NCBI RefSeq assembly: GCF_000143415.4
Contig: NW_003314270.1
Location: forward strand, 330,411-394,410
Direction of reading: 5' to 3'
Origin: Selaginella moellendorffii
Taxonomy: Eukaryota > Plantae > Lycopodiophyta
DNA length: 64,000 bases
Of this stretch, positions 46,753 to 58,199 are shown one piece after another. Made by a program: the position numbers and the translations under genes. A model generated the notes under the pieces. It saw only the letters and a program-made list of their open reading frames with translations, did not search any database and was not told the DNA's origin. Numbering within the stretch: the stretch's first letter is position 1; every line of letters starts with the position of its first letter.

Positions 46753-49636
46753 TGGTATTGGAGCTCCACTCCTCTACTCTCAGCCATGCCATTGCTCATG
46801 TGGGTCTGTAAACAGTATGGCATGATAGAGGAACAAAGCTGTTTGTTTTCAGTGGAAAGGATTTTGGTCTCTGGAAGAAACTCATGGAAGCATGGGTTCA
46901 ATTCCAAGGAGTGTATGGCATTATGGATCTCTCTAATCTAGAGCCAATTGTCAGTCATGGATTGGAGGCTTAAAGGGCTTTGAGGGACTGGAGGACCAAG
47001 AATCAATGGGCTGTTGGCTGCCTACTTGAGTCATAGGATCTTGATCAAGGTGGATATGGGAAAAGGAGGAGCCCATGTTTAGAAATGGCTGGATCACACC
47101 TATAGCAAGAAGAGTGATATGGAGGTCATGAGGATCCATTCATTTCTAAATGTGTGTGTTTTCCAGAACAAGGGTGATATGTTGAACACATGAAGTGTTT
47201 AAACTGACTATTTGTGAATTTGGCTGCAAAAGGTAAAGAGCATAAGGTTGTAGAAAGTGAGGCTCTATAAAACTTTGCCACAAGAATGGGAAGGGTGTGC
47301 AAAAGAGCTGATGAAGGAGCCAAATCTCACCTTCAATGATGCAATCAGCAGATTGATAAACACCTCCTTGCTACACAAGGAGGGAGCACAAACCCATAAG
47401 GCTCATCAAGCTATGTATGCAAGATGCAGCCAGCTAAATGTGGCAAACAAATCATGTGCTAAACATGGTTGCAATGTGCAGTGAGGAGGCATGCCAAGAA
47501 CTGGAAGTGGCTACAATGGATATGCTAGGTGAGATGAGGAAAACTCTCAAGATGGAGCTGCTAAAGGCTCTCAAGGTTGTAGAGCTGCTAAGAGCTTGTG
47601 AGGGAGTAATCATTCAAGTCATAGATGAATCTAGATGCACTGATCATGACCAATTCAAGTTGTGTTGGGAGCATGGTATGACTGCCCTAATATCTGGAAT
47701 GAAGCTTTTACATGGGGAGAATCAAGGAAACTTATATGAGATTACTTTAGGAGGGCAGTATGTGGTAAATATTGAGCATCTTCCTTTGACTAGAGCAAAA
47801 AACAATAATGTCTTTTTATGGCATTGCTGCTTCGGGAATGCCAACTATAGAGTTATGCAGGAAATACACATGAAAGGCATAGTCATAGGACTTGACTTGA
47901 AAAGAGAGTTTGTTGATGCCTTTTATGAGTTGTGTGTGCTTAGAAAACACCATTATAGAAATTACCACTTATGCTAATTTGTGTGGACCAATGGAGGTCC
48001 CAAGCTATTTTGGAGCAAGATACTTTATCATGTTTATTGATGATTACAACAGGAAGATGTGCATCTTTTTTCTTCGAAATAAAAGTGAAGCTATTGAAGC
48101 TTTTAAATTCTATAAATCCCATTTTGAGACAAAGCTTGAGAGAAGACTAAAGGCCATACAAACTAATGGAGTCAAAGATCACTTCAATAATGCTTTTCAA
48201 CAGATTTATTTTGCTATTAGAATTTCCCACCAAATTATCACTCGGTACACTTTTCAACATAATGGCATTGCTGAGTGCAAGAATCACCCATTTGTGAATA
48301 CTACCTACAGCCTCTTGGTGGGAGCTAAGTTGGATAAAAGCTCATAGCATCATACATTCAAAATCGGTTGTTAACAGTTGCCTTGAGTGGGAAGACCTTT
48401 GAAGAGATGTGGACAGGGAAGAAGTCAGATGTATCTCACCTCTGTGTTTTTGGTTGTGCCACCTTTCTGACTAGCTATGCAAGAAACTAAATCCGAAGAG
48501 TCAAAAGCTTATCTTCGTTGATTATGCACAAAATAAAGAATATAGTTGGCAACCAAAGAGACAATCATCAATACAGATGTGATCTTCATTAAAGATGACT
48601 TCTCCCAGCAAAGCCAAGGTGAGCCACTATCCACTGGCTTTGTCAACAAAGATCTTTTAGTTCTTATATTCCTTTTTGGCTTCAAGGAGGATGCACTGAT
48701 TATTGATGAAGTAAGGATTGTTACCTTCGAGCATGATCCACTAAATGATACTTGGCCAGAACTAACTCTAGTCCTTGACCCTGTTGATGAGCAATAGAAT
48801 GCTCCATGTTCTCGCTGTTAGCAAGGAATGCCAAATCTTGCACCTCTAGTTGAGGGTCTATGCACAAGGAAGCCTTCTTTAAAAGTCTTGGAAGATGCTA
48901 TATTTTTAGTCGATTAAGATGAAGTTGAGTTTTGCATTTTTGTTAATTGGAATGTCCCCTCAACCTATAATGAAGTTGTGGTTTAAAGTCTCACTTACAA
49001 AGGCTGTCAACAATGAGATGGATGCCTTGGTCAAGAACAACATGTTTATAGAATGTGTGCCTCCCCTAGGCTAGAGGCTCGTTGATTATAAGTGGGTCTT
49101 CAAAAAGACATATAATGCTAATGGTGATGCTACCCACTACAAAGCACACTTAGTTGCAAAAGGTTTCACATAAATATGAAGTGTGGGCTATAGTAAAACT
49201 TTCTCACCAGTTGTCAAAATGGCTAGTGTGTGGACAATCTTTGCAATAGCAAATGCTTGGAGGTGGAAAGTTCACCAAATGAATGTGAAAATCTTAATCT
49301 TGATAATCTTAATGAAGACATCTTCATGGATATACCACTTGGGTTTCACAACCATGAGATTTCTGGGAAAATATGGAAGCTCAAAAAGGCCTTTTATGCT
49401 CTTAAGCAACTTTCTTGTATTTAGTATCAAAAGTTTGATATGGCCTTGCGTGAAGAAGGCTTTCTTCATGCCTTGGTAGACTATGTTAAAGGCTATAATG
49501 ATGCCATAATAGTCATTGCATTATATGTCAATGACCTCCTCATCATTAAAGGTGATGATAATGTCTTGGCACTAAAGACATCTTTGGCTAGACATTTCTA
49601 AATGAAAGACCTTAGGGAACTCAAGACACTTTTGGA

Positions 49637-49736
49637 NNNNNNNNNNNNNNNNNNNNNNNNNNNNNNNNNNNNNNNNNNNNNNNNNNNNNNNNNNNNNNNN
49701 NNNNNNNNNNNNNNNNNNNNNNNNNNNNNNNNNNNN
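49637..49736. other. Assembly gap (N run)
   Basis: Run of about 100 N inside the Copia RT region. Confidence 0.98.
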
Positions 49737-50435
49737 ACGAAAAATCACACCTCTCGCTCAGATGCAGGGAAGCCTCTGGATGAAAATGTCCCCTTTAGAA
49801 GCTTGATTGACTCTCTCATGTATTTAGCATTGTCAACCCAGCCTAACATATGCTAATCCTGAGCCATGCACTGCTCACTGGAAAGCTGCTAAACACATCC
49901 TACGGTACTTGAAAGGAACTATGGACAAAGGCTTATGATACTCCAACAGCAATAGCCAGCTCAAGTGTTTTACTAATGATAACTAGGCCATGAACAAGGG
50001 GTGCAGGTCCACCACAGACTTTTGACTGATGCTCTATGGGGCAGCAATTAGTTAGACAAGTCAAAAACAGAGTGTTGTTGCACTCTCCTCTGCAAAAGTT
50101 GAGTACATCACTCTAACCACAGGATGAAAGGAACTTGTGTGGCTGAGATGGCTATTGAAAGACCCTGGGGCTGAGCAACTAGGTCCAACCATCAGATGGC
50201 AATGGTGCATCAGAGAGCACCATTGCCATGACTTGCAATCTTGTTTTCCATGGGCACAGCAGACACATCCTTGTGCAGTTTGATTATGTCAAATTGAAGT
50301 TAGCATCATGCATGTTGATTACTTCCGGACTGGGAAGATGCTTGTAGATGTGCTGACAAAGCCTTTGGGACCTAACAAGCTTGTCACCTTTCAGATGTGG
50401 CTTGGGATCCATTGAGTTTCAGTCTTATGGGGGAG

Positions 50436-50510
50436 TGTTGAGATATAAACCAGAACTCAAGTGAGCACATGGACCACACTAGCTTTTGTACCTTTGAGTT
50501 TTCTCTAACA
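50436..50510 (+). repeat. Copia 3' LTR (75 bp)
   Basis: TGTTGAGATATAA...TTGTACCTTTGAGTTTTCTCTAACA, preceded by the PPT and followed by the TSD. Confidence 0.85.
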
Positions 50511-52442
50511 AGTCAGATGCCTCTAGAGGATGCTATCTCACCTAGGAATCAACCTCAAGTTATGAAGTTGAGCCATTTGAGAAGCTCGTCCAGTTGTGGG
50601 GAAGTTTATTTGAAACAGAGCTTCAATAAATCACTATTGGATGTTTGCCCTTCAATCAATCACTTGTTGGATGTTTGTCTTCTGCAAGCCCGAACTCAAG
50701 GAACTACCACAGCCAATGCAACACATGTATAATTCAGCGAACTTGTGAGAAATGTGATTGATATATGCAGTTTTTATGAAGTCATACACCAGAAGTTAGC
50801 TTCCAGTTTTAACCTGCAAACATATCACCCACAGATTTTGAAACTTACTTTCTTCCTGGAAGTTGAAATCCCTAGCAAGCCATTTTTTTTTAAGGCATCA
50901 AGGCTTGAGAATGTGCAGTTGCAGAACGAATTCCCATCAAGTAAGCCGCCTTGTGCTGTAGAGCACTATCAACACGAGCGCTAGATCGTGGAGTAAGGAG
51001 AGGGTATTAGCCGCGGCAATCCTCGGAGCAGCAGTGGCAGCAGCCGCATTCTACCTCGGCCGGTCCCTCACGGATGCTGCGAAGTCACTGTCCGAATTGC
51101 TGGATTCTTATACGAAATCCTTCACGGAATCTTTCGATCGCGGATTGGCCTCTTTGGAACGCGGCATTGACACGATCGGCTCGTTCAAGAAGAATGGCTG
51201 CGAAGTCTCTTTCCACCGGTTGATTCCATAGTGTGACGGTAAGCGATAGCACTCATAGTTTCTCTCGCCTTGCAGCTCTGGCCATGATGATCGGATCGTC
51301 CACGGGAAAGCAAGCGCGTTGGCAGCGAAGCATCGGTAGCAAAACAAAAGCGATCGGTTTTGTTCTTTTTCCTTCTTTCTTTCTCTTACTTTCCTTCGAC
51401 TGACACGTTTTGTATGAGATTTTGCGATGTAACAATTCTTCCGGACTTACGGGGTTTTCAAAGTGGACAGACTAGAGCAAAGAAGGGACTGAATTCCATG
51501 GCCGGTTCATGCCCCTGTGCATGTTGTGAGAGATCTCGCAAACTTGGTAATTATTATCTTATTTTATCTTTTTTTCTTTGGCTTTTCAGTGTTCTAGATA
51601 GTCTCTTGGTTGATCTCCACGACGACAAGGGCATGGCGGAGTCAAGGTGGCTGAAATGCTAGAGAACTCAAGAACATCAATAACGTCCTGCCGAACTTAT
51701 CTTTCTCGTGCCCGACGAGGCACCCGGATTGGAGCACCGAGGACAGTAACTGGACCGAGGTCGAGCTCGACTCGTCTCTCCACGCTCCCAGGAAATATCC
51801 CCCCGCCTGTCCGTTGCTGGCGAGAGGTTCCAGAGGAGCGTCATCAATGGCAAAGAGCAGCATCACCGTGGGTGACTCCGTGGAGAGAGCACGTGCACTC
51901 TCACAAGAAGATCACCGGGAACGCTAGCGACGTCCACTGGAGGAAGCTTACAGCAGCGAGCTTGGCACTATACTACTACTGCTTGCTACAGCCTTTTCTC
52001 AGAAGAAGGATAGGCTATGGTGGCAAGAGCGAGACTGGGCTAGTGATATCCACTCGTTCACGGCGTCCGGGGTCCAGCTGGGGGTCGGGGTCTCGGTCCT
52101 CGAGTTTGATGCTTTGGTCTGTAGCAGCGGGCCGAGCTCTCCTATCCGGTACCAACAGCGAGAGCAACGAATCCCTTGATGCACGTCGAGTTTCGGTGGA
52201 TCATCGAGAGGACCCTGTGCCTGGTGTAGTTGCGCAATAGTTATCACGTAAGTTTGTTAGGAATTTTGGGAGGGCTTCGTTAGCTGCCAGAATGGGACGA
52301 GGCTTCATGTAGGTGCCCTGTGGAGATATGTTTGCATTGGCGAGAGCAGCAACACAAGACAATCAGGTGGAGGAAGATGCGTCCAATTCGGACTTAATAG
52401 ACAGAACTTTCCTTAAGATAAAATATCTGAAATAATAATACA

Positions 52443-53507
52443 TCACGAACCAGAGGTGTTCTCACAGGCAAGCCCAAAGGCCGCAAACAACGAGCCACTC
52501 ACACCCAACTTCTTGGCATCAACATCAAACTCCACAAAGTTGTTCTCTTGCTGGGCAGTTCCAATCACGCTGCGTCCATCCTTCCCAGCGCTCACAAACG
52601 CGAAGCACGCCACATTTCTTATCCCCGGCTTGGTCACCAGATAGTTATCCCCGGAGACCATCCACTGGATCCCGCTCACCACCATCGTCACGTTTGAAAA
52701 AGTAGTTCGCTGCTCCACGCTCATCTTGTAGCACAAGTCCAGCTCTCCAAACGATGACGAGTCCCTGCCCAGCTTCTTCTCCCCGACCTCACGAAGAAAT
52801 CCATCTCGGAGCATCTGGTACGCGGCCTGAGGGAGCCGAGTGTAGCGGAAGCTCGTTCCAATCTCCACCATGGTAATAGTGACGGTGGTCTTGGATCCAA
52901 GAGAGACGCTGTCGAGCTTAAGGTGGTAAGAACCCGAGGACGAGACCGTGAGTGGGAAATAGAGCATTGGCAGGGACGTAGAGTTGAGGATGTCCGTGTT
53001 GTGGAAGACCCTGTAAGGACCCTGCTGCCCGATGTAGAGCTCGCCCAAGCCGCGGCCAGAGCTGGAAGCCAGGCAGTACGTGAACCTGTGAGCGAGTTTA
53101 GCCGATCGAGAGACTTGGAATGGTAAGCTGGAGCTACCTGATGCCGCGAGGCCAATCACGTTTCCCTGGCTGCTGCTGCAAACAATGTTGATGTCGACGG
53201 GAAAACTGGCCTTTGTCGTGAAGAAGCTGCTCGTCGCGACCAAGAGCTCGAAACTGGCACGGTTGTTGCTACAGCTTGACACGGAGACTTGGTTGGAGCT
53301 TGTATCGATAGTGAAGACTTTGGTATAGCTGGTGCTGCCGCTCGTGGAGCCAGCATCATTGAGAGTCACCCTGGAGACATACCTTGTCTTTCTACCGTTG
53401 TTCACTTGCCTGGTTTCAAAGGGCAGAGAGAGCCTTGGCTGGGACTGAGCAGTGCAAGATATAGCAGAGACGAGGACGAGGATAAGTGTAGACGTGATAG
53501 CCGCCAT
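52443..53507 (-). CDS. Secreted aspartic-protease-fold protein, probably non-catalytic (xylanase-inhibitor/TAXI-XEGIP-like)
   Basis: Signal peptide MAAITSTLILVLVSAISCTA. Motifs GVIGLA-like, FTYCL, LDLCY and SVIGTAQQENNFVEFD. The catalytic DTG/DSG sites read DTSS and EIGT. Confidence 0.8.
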   Translation of the reverse strand: MAAITSTLILVLVSAISCTAQSQPRLSLPFETRQVNNGRKTRYVSRVTLNDAGSTSGSTSYTKVFTIDTSSNQVSVSSCSNNRASFELLVATSSFFTTKASFPVDINIVCSSSQGNVIGLAASGSSSLPFQVSRSAKLAHRFTYCLASSSGRGLGELYIGQQGPYRVFHNTDILNSTSLPMLYFPLTVSSSGSYHLKLDSVSLGSKTTVTITMVEIGTSFRYTRLPQAAYQMLRDGFLREVGEKKLGRDSSSFGELDLCYKMSVEQRTTFSNVTMVVSGIQWMVSGDNYLVTKPGIRNVACFAFVSAGKDGRSVIGTAQQENNFVEFDVDAKKLGVSGSLFAAFGLACENTSGS

Positions 53508-54697
53508 TGAGAAGAGCTCTACGCCACAACAAGGAAAACTACGGCCTGAGCAAGTGATTTCGACTGCGGCTTTCGAACCTCGATGAAATAGCTTCCGTGG
53601 ATAAGAACTCCCATCTCGAAAACGTTGCTCCTGGTGCTTCTTGTGATGGCGATGTACTGGGCAGAATATAAATGAATGAATAAAGAAAAATGTCCATACC
53701 ACGCCAGGTGTTGTACCTTGCATGATGCTGCCTCTCCGAGCACAGTAATAGAATCGAAATCATTATAGTTAACTTCGTTGGAACTTCTCAAGATCGCCAC
53801 GTAGAACGTCTGATTCCATTTTTTCCTACAGCCTCATCAGGAAGTACTATGAAATCAATCTTTCATGTGATACCTCAAAGTTGAGACGGTTGTTGTTGAT
53901 ACTGACGGAAAAGAAAGACACTTTTCCGTTAGGATAGATCGTAGAAAATTTTTCAAGCTGCGAAAATGACACACTGACAAGAACAAGAGATGAGAAAATC
54001 AACAGCTTTTATACCTTATTTACAGAGGCTAGAGCCACTCCATCATAGAATCAAGCGAAAAGGCGTTTAGAGTCACATTCCGCACAAAGTCATTTCGCTC
54101 ATTAACTGAAACACAGAACGCATGAAAGCTCAAACGGTCCAAAAAATTGCGAGTCATACTCATGGTGCTGGAGTTCAAAGCACACTAGCTGTGACGATAA
54201 CCATTTCTATACTTTCGAAATTAATTGTTTGCCTGCGTTCACAATCCGTGACTAATATACACAGACCACAGAATCTCCAGAAGAAGATCCAGAATGGCTC
54301 CTCCTCTGTGAACGGAAGGCAATGTTAGCAAACTGCAAAAGCATTAAGCAGTGGCAAACCCATGAGCTAGACTCCTCCTTAACTAGTAAAAGAAGCACAT
54401 TGAAAATGAACTCGTATGTCTATGCTCATGTGCTCTGCAATGCATATCCAAGTCGCTAAAACTTTATGCCAAACAATAGAACATACCTACAGAGGAGCAA
54501 GACACCTCTCTCGCTTTCGGTCTTGCAAGGCAATGAATACTGAAGAGCATTTGGATCAAGAAGAGGCCCTGCATTGGCATGAGAAAAAATAAAATAAAGA
54601 CCACACAAAAAAAAGAAGCTATTCATGAGGGTATATTCTAAAGGTTTGCTTCTATATAAATAAATCAGGCACCTTTACAGATTTAGGGTTTAGGGTG

Positions 54698-55557
54698 ATG
54701 GGTTCACGTTTGCCATGTGACGTAATACAGGAAATTCTTCCAAAGGTCAGCCTCGACAATGGAGCTTCTTCCAATGAAACTGAACAGTCAAGTGCAAATG
54801 AAGAGGGGGCTACTAGGCTAGAACTGGAAGATGATCAGTCGCAGGGCCAATCTTCGCCAAGGATGGTAAAGCTGCCTTACGAGATACAAGGATTTAACAC
54901 TTCCATGTCCTACGGGAGACCAGAGTGACGAGTGGGGAGTTATGTGTTGCAGGGAGGGCTTTGTGCTCATGTATTGCAGAAAGCTTGGAAAATCCCACTT
55001 GTTCGACCTTTGCATGATCATCCAATCACTTGGATGACCAACATTTCGAGCAATCCACAGATGGTGTTTTTCAAAGATAACATCTACGTGGCAGCTGATT
55101 TCAAGATCCAAAAGTACAATCTGCGCTTGGACAAGTGGAGTTTGCAACAGAGGTTTCCTTTGGGTTGCAATTTGGAGAGATTTCTCGTGTTGCAAGATGG
55201 GATTGTACTACATGCAGCGGGATCCAAAAATTGGTGCTAGAGTGGAGGTTTCTGGATTTGGACTACAAGGGCGTTAACAAGAAAGGGTGGAGACAACCCT
55301 TTGCAGAGGATATTATTGAGGATGGTGTGACGCCAGCCATGGCAACTTTGAACAAGGTTGTCTTGGTGATGATGAAGTGGTTCCAAGACAGCAACGCAAA
55401 CTGGCTCTACTTTTGGAACGAAGACAAATCGGAGTGGGAGTTTTTGGATGGAAAGCTGGAAGGAGGGAGAGTAAGCGAATTGGTTGTGGTTGGAGATAAT
55501 CAGCTACATGCATACGATTCTCAAGGAGCTTTGGTTTCGAAGAGTAGAGTACATTGA
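54698..55557 (+). pseudogene. Degenerate F-box/kelch-like gene remnant
   Basis: Starts MGSRLPCDVIQEIL (F-box-like). Later frames give kelch-like KYNLRLDKW and FWNEDKSEWE. Interrupted by stops and frameshifts. TATA (54654) and (TTTAGGG)2 lie upstream. Confidence 0.45.
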
Positions 55558-55739
55558 GATAGCAATGGTCAATTGTGAAATGGGTCTGAAAGGGTAGATT
55601 TAAAAGCATCCAACAGGGCTAATTTTCTAAATTTAAGGTCTAGGAGCTATAGGGTTTGACAGGATTTGTAATATTCTTTGTTTCGATCGAACGGTAGCGT
55701 TTCTAGTGCTAATTTGGCACATCTAGGGTTCTATGAGCT

Positions 55740-56881
55740 TCAGATCCACCGGTTTGGGAATCGACAGGAGCGTCGGATTTCGCCCTCCTTCCCTGTTAGC
55801 GGCGTCAATCCGCCTAGCTTGATCATCGCTCTCCCGAAATCCTCGAAGAACTGGCTTGAATCGCCGCTATAGAGATGGACGGCGCTCTTGGTGGCGCCAG
55901 GCGTGGAGTAGAGCACTTGATCCGAGCGGAGGACACCGCGGCCGCTCCTCAGGTCCGTGAAGTAGGCATTGTCGAATCGGAGAGGGGTCTGGGAGTCGAG
56001 AGGGGAGAAATTCTCATCGCTTGAGGGCGTGTCCGGGCAGGATTCACGGAGGGATTGGAGCAAATCCTTGTCCAACGCTGGATCCGGCTGCCCCGTTCCC
56101 ATGAAGTCGTAGAGGCGATCCTTGACGACCGCGCAGCGTGTCTGGCCGATTGTGTGAGCTCCCGAGAGAGCTACCATTTCTTCCACGGACAGGCCTTTGT
56201 TCTCAAACCTTGTGATGAGCTCTTGGGTGGTGGCGTTGGCGAAAGGTATGTCCTGCGCAGCGGCCGCCAAGCTCGCCACCGTGGTGTCTCTTCGGCCATA
56301 GTGGACTTTCCAGTGAGGGCCGTGTGACTATCACAGAAGAAAAGATGGTGGTGAGAGCTTTGATCTCGGCATTTTCCTTTCGCTCACCGCTATGACGGCT
56401 TCTCTTGCAGCTAGAGCCAAGAGATCAGCGCAGGAAACCACGCCGTCGCAGATTTGCTCCAGTTGGAACTTCACGTCGTCGATGACTTCGTAAGCTCGAA
56501 AAAAGTTTGAGTTTGGAGGAGCGCTCTTCTCGCCCAGCCTGGGAGGAACGTCGTCCAGGAGGATTGAAGCATCGCAGCCCTGCAAAAGAAGTTATGCTCC
56601 ATCTTTTCGATCAACTCAAGGTACTAGTGAGATTTCCCTTCGAACTTTACCGTGACAAAGCAGTCGTGAAAATGTAGGCGAAGGAGTGAAGCTGCGATCC
56701 CCGGCTCGTCCTGGACGAACTTATTTACGGTCTCTCGCACTGTGGTCTCGAGATTGGGACAGGAATCCTGGTAGAAATCCGGAGTGAGGTGCTCTTCCAG
56801 GCTCCAATCAATCACTGCCAGGATCAAAACGAGGAAGAATGCTCGATCCATAACTTTAGCAGGAGCTCTTGTGATCATCAT
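55740..56881 (-). CDS. Class III secretory peroxidase (3 exons)
   Basis: LLRLHFHDCFV|GCDASILL, VVSCADLLALAARE, GRRD, ALSGAHTIG, FDNAYF and GEIRRSC. Start is at 56881 or 56851. Confidence 0.95.
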
Positions 56882-58010
56882 CGTAACGGACCCAGGAATG
56901 AGAGATTTTTTCTATAAGGGAATTCGGTTGCTCAAGCTTTTATAAAGATGCTTTAGGACGTGTGTTTCATTTATTCTACTCACAACTAATCCTGTCAGTT
57001 AAATTTTTTCTAGGTCTAGGGATTTGAGCCGGGAACATTTGAGCTTGTGGAAAGAGAAATTTTCAGAGGAGAATTTTTATTAAACACTCATATCACAGAA
57101 AATGCTTTATTCTTCAATCTTGTGATTTTTTTTTAAAAATTATTTTCTAATATTTAATGCTATGATTTTATTCTTAAAATATTATTATAAATAGTTTAGA
57201 TTTTCTAAAATTCAAGATTCACTTCCTTAAACTTAAAATTAAATCAAAACCATGCTTTTATTATTTAATACTTTTAGTTTGGACTTGAGAATATTCCTTA
57301 TTAGTGAGTTTTTAACTGTCCAAATTTTAATTGGATAAGATTTGTGGTGTTTGAAAAATCTTAATTATCATCTACACTGTTGATATCTTAATCTAATGGT
57401 TTATTTATATAAACTGTTAAACTATTTATTAGATATTAATAAATTTTAATTATCTAATAGTTGTAAATGTCACTCTCTTTCTTGATAACTTATGAAAGAG
57501 AAATGACCTCTCAGATTTTTGATATAGGATCATCTTTTGGGATGGCTGCTCCACTTTTATCTTACTAAGGTAGTAACAATCTTTGTAAAGAGATTTTTAT
57601 AGCAACGTTAAGTGTTGGCCACTTTTTTGTTATTTGAGTTATACTTCACTCTTGTATGATTGTCTTTATAATTAAATTTTGTTGTCATGGTAATAATATA
57701 TGTCATTAGGTGCCCATTTTGAGGCATAAAACCAGAATGCAATGGATGCCAATAGAAAACTTTTCAAACTTTTGTTTTTTTAGTTTTCAGTTTTAGTAGT
57801 ATACATAGAAGTTAAAAGGTGAAATTACTACTGTGAGTTAATATTCTTAGTTGAAATGTCTAATTGAGCAAGTTGTTGAGATCATAGAGCTAATAAATAA
57901 CAATTATTTTGTTAAGTTTACAGCAAACCAATCAAGCTATGCTATAATGTGAAACTCAATAATTTCCAATTAGTATTATAAAATAAGAGTTAAATATTTA
58001 TTTCAGAATT

Positions 58011-58124
<114 letters not shown>

Positions 58125-58199
58125 CAATGAACATCAAATATAACAACTGTCAATGACACAAAATCTTTATTTAGAAAATCCACTAATACTAGAACAATA

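Larger units (their letters stand above)
46686..50510 (+). mobile_element. Degenerate Ty1/Copia LTR retrotransposon with both LTRs and TSD
   Basis: TSD AGTCA at 46681-46685 and 50511-50515. PBS-like TGGTATTGGAGC at 46753 and PPT GGGGGAG before the 3' LTR. Decayed integrase (LCGPMEVPSYFGARYFIMFIDDY) precedes RT (FSPVVKMASV, LYVNDLLI) and RNase H. Confidence 0.92.

Noticed and set aside
51647-52240. 197-aa plus-strand ORF
   Set aside because: Non-ATG start and no recognisable motif, so I cannot support it as a gene.
53508-53723. 72-aa N-terminal extension of the aspartic-protease-like ORF
   Set aside because: A clear signal peptide starts at ATG 53507. The extension looks like 5' UTR or promoter sequence.
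54682-54696. (TTTAGGG)2 as an interstitial telomere
   Set aside because: Only two units, placed between a TATA box and an ATG. Better read as a telo-box.
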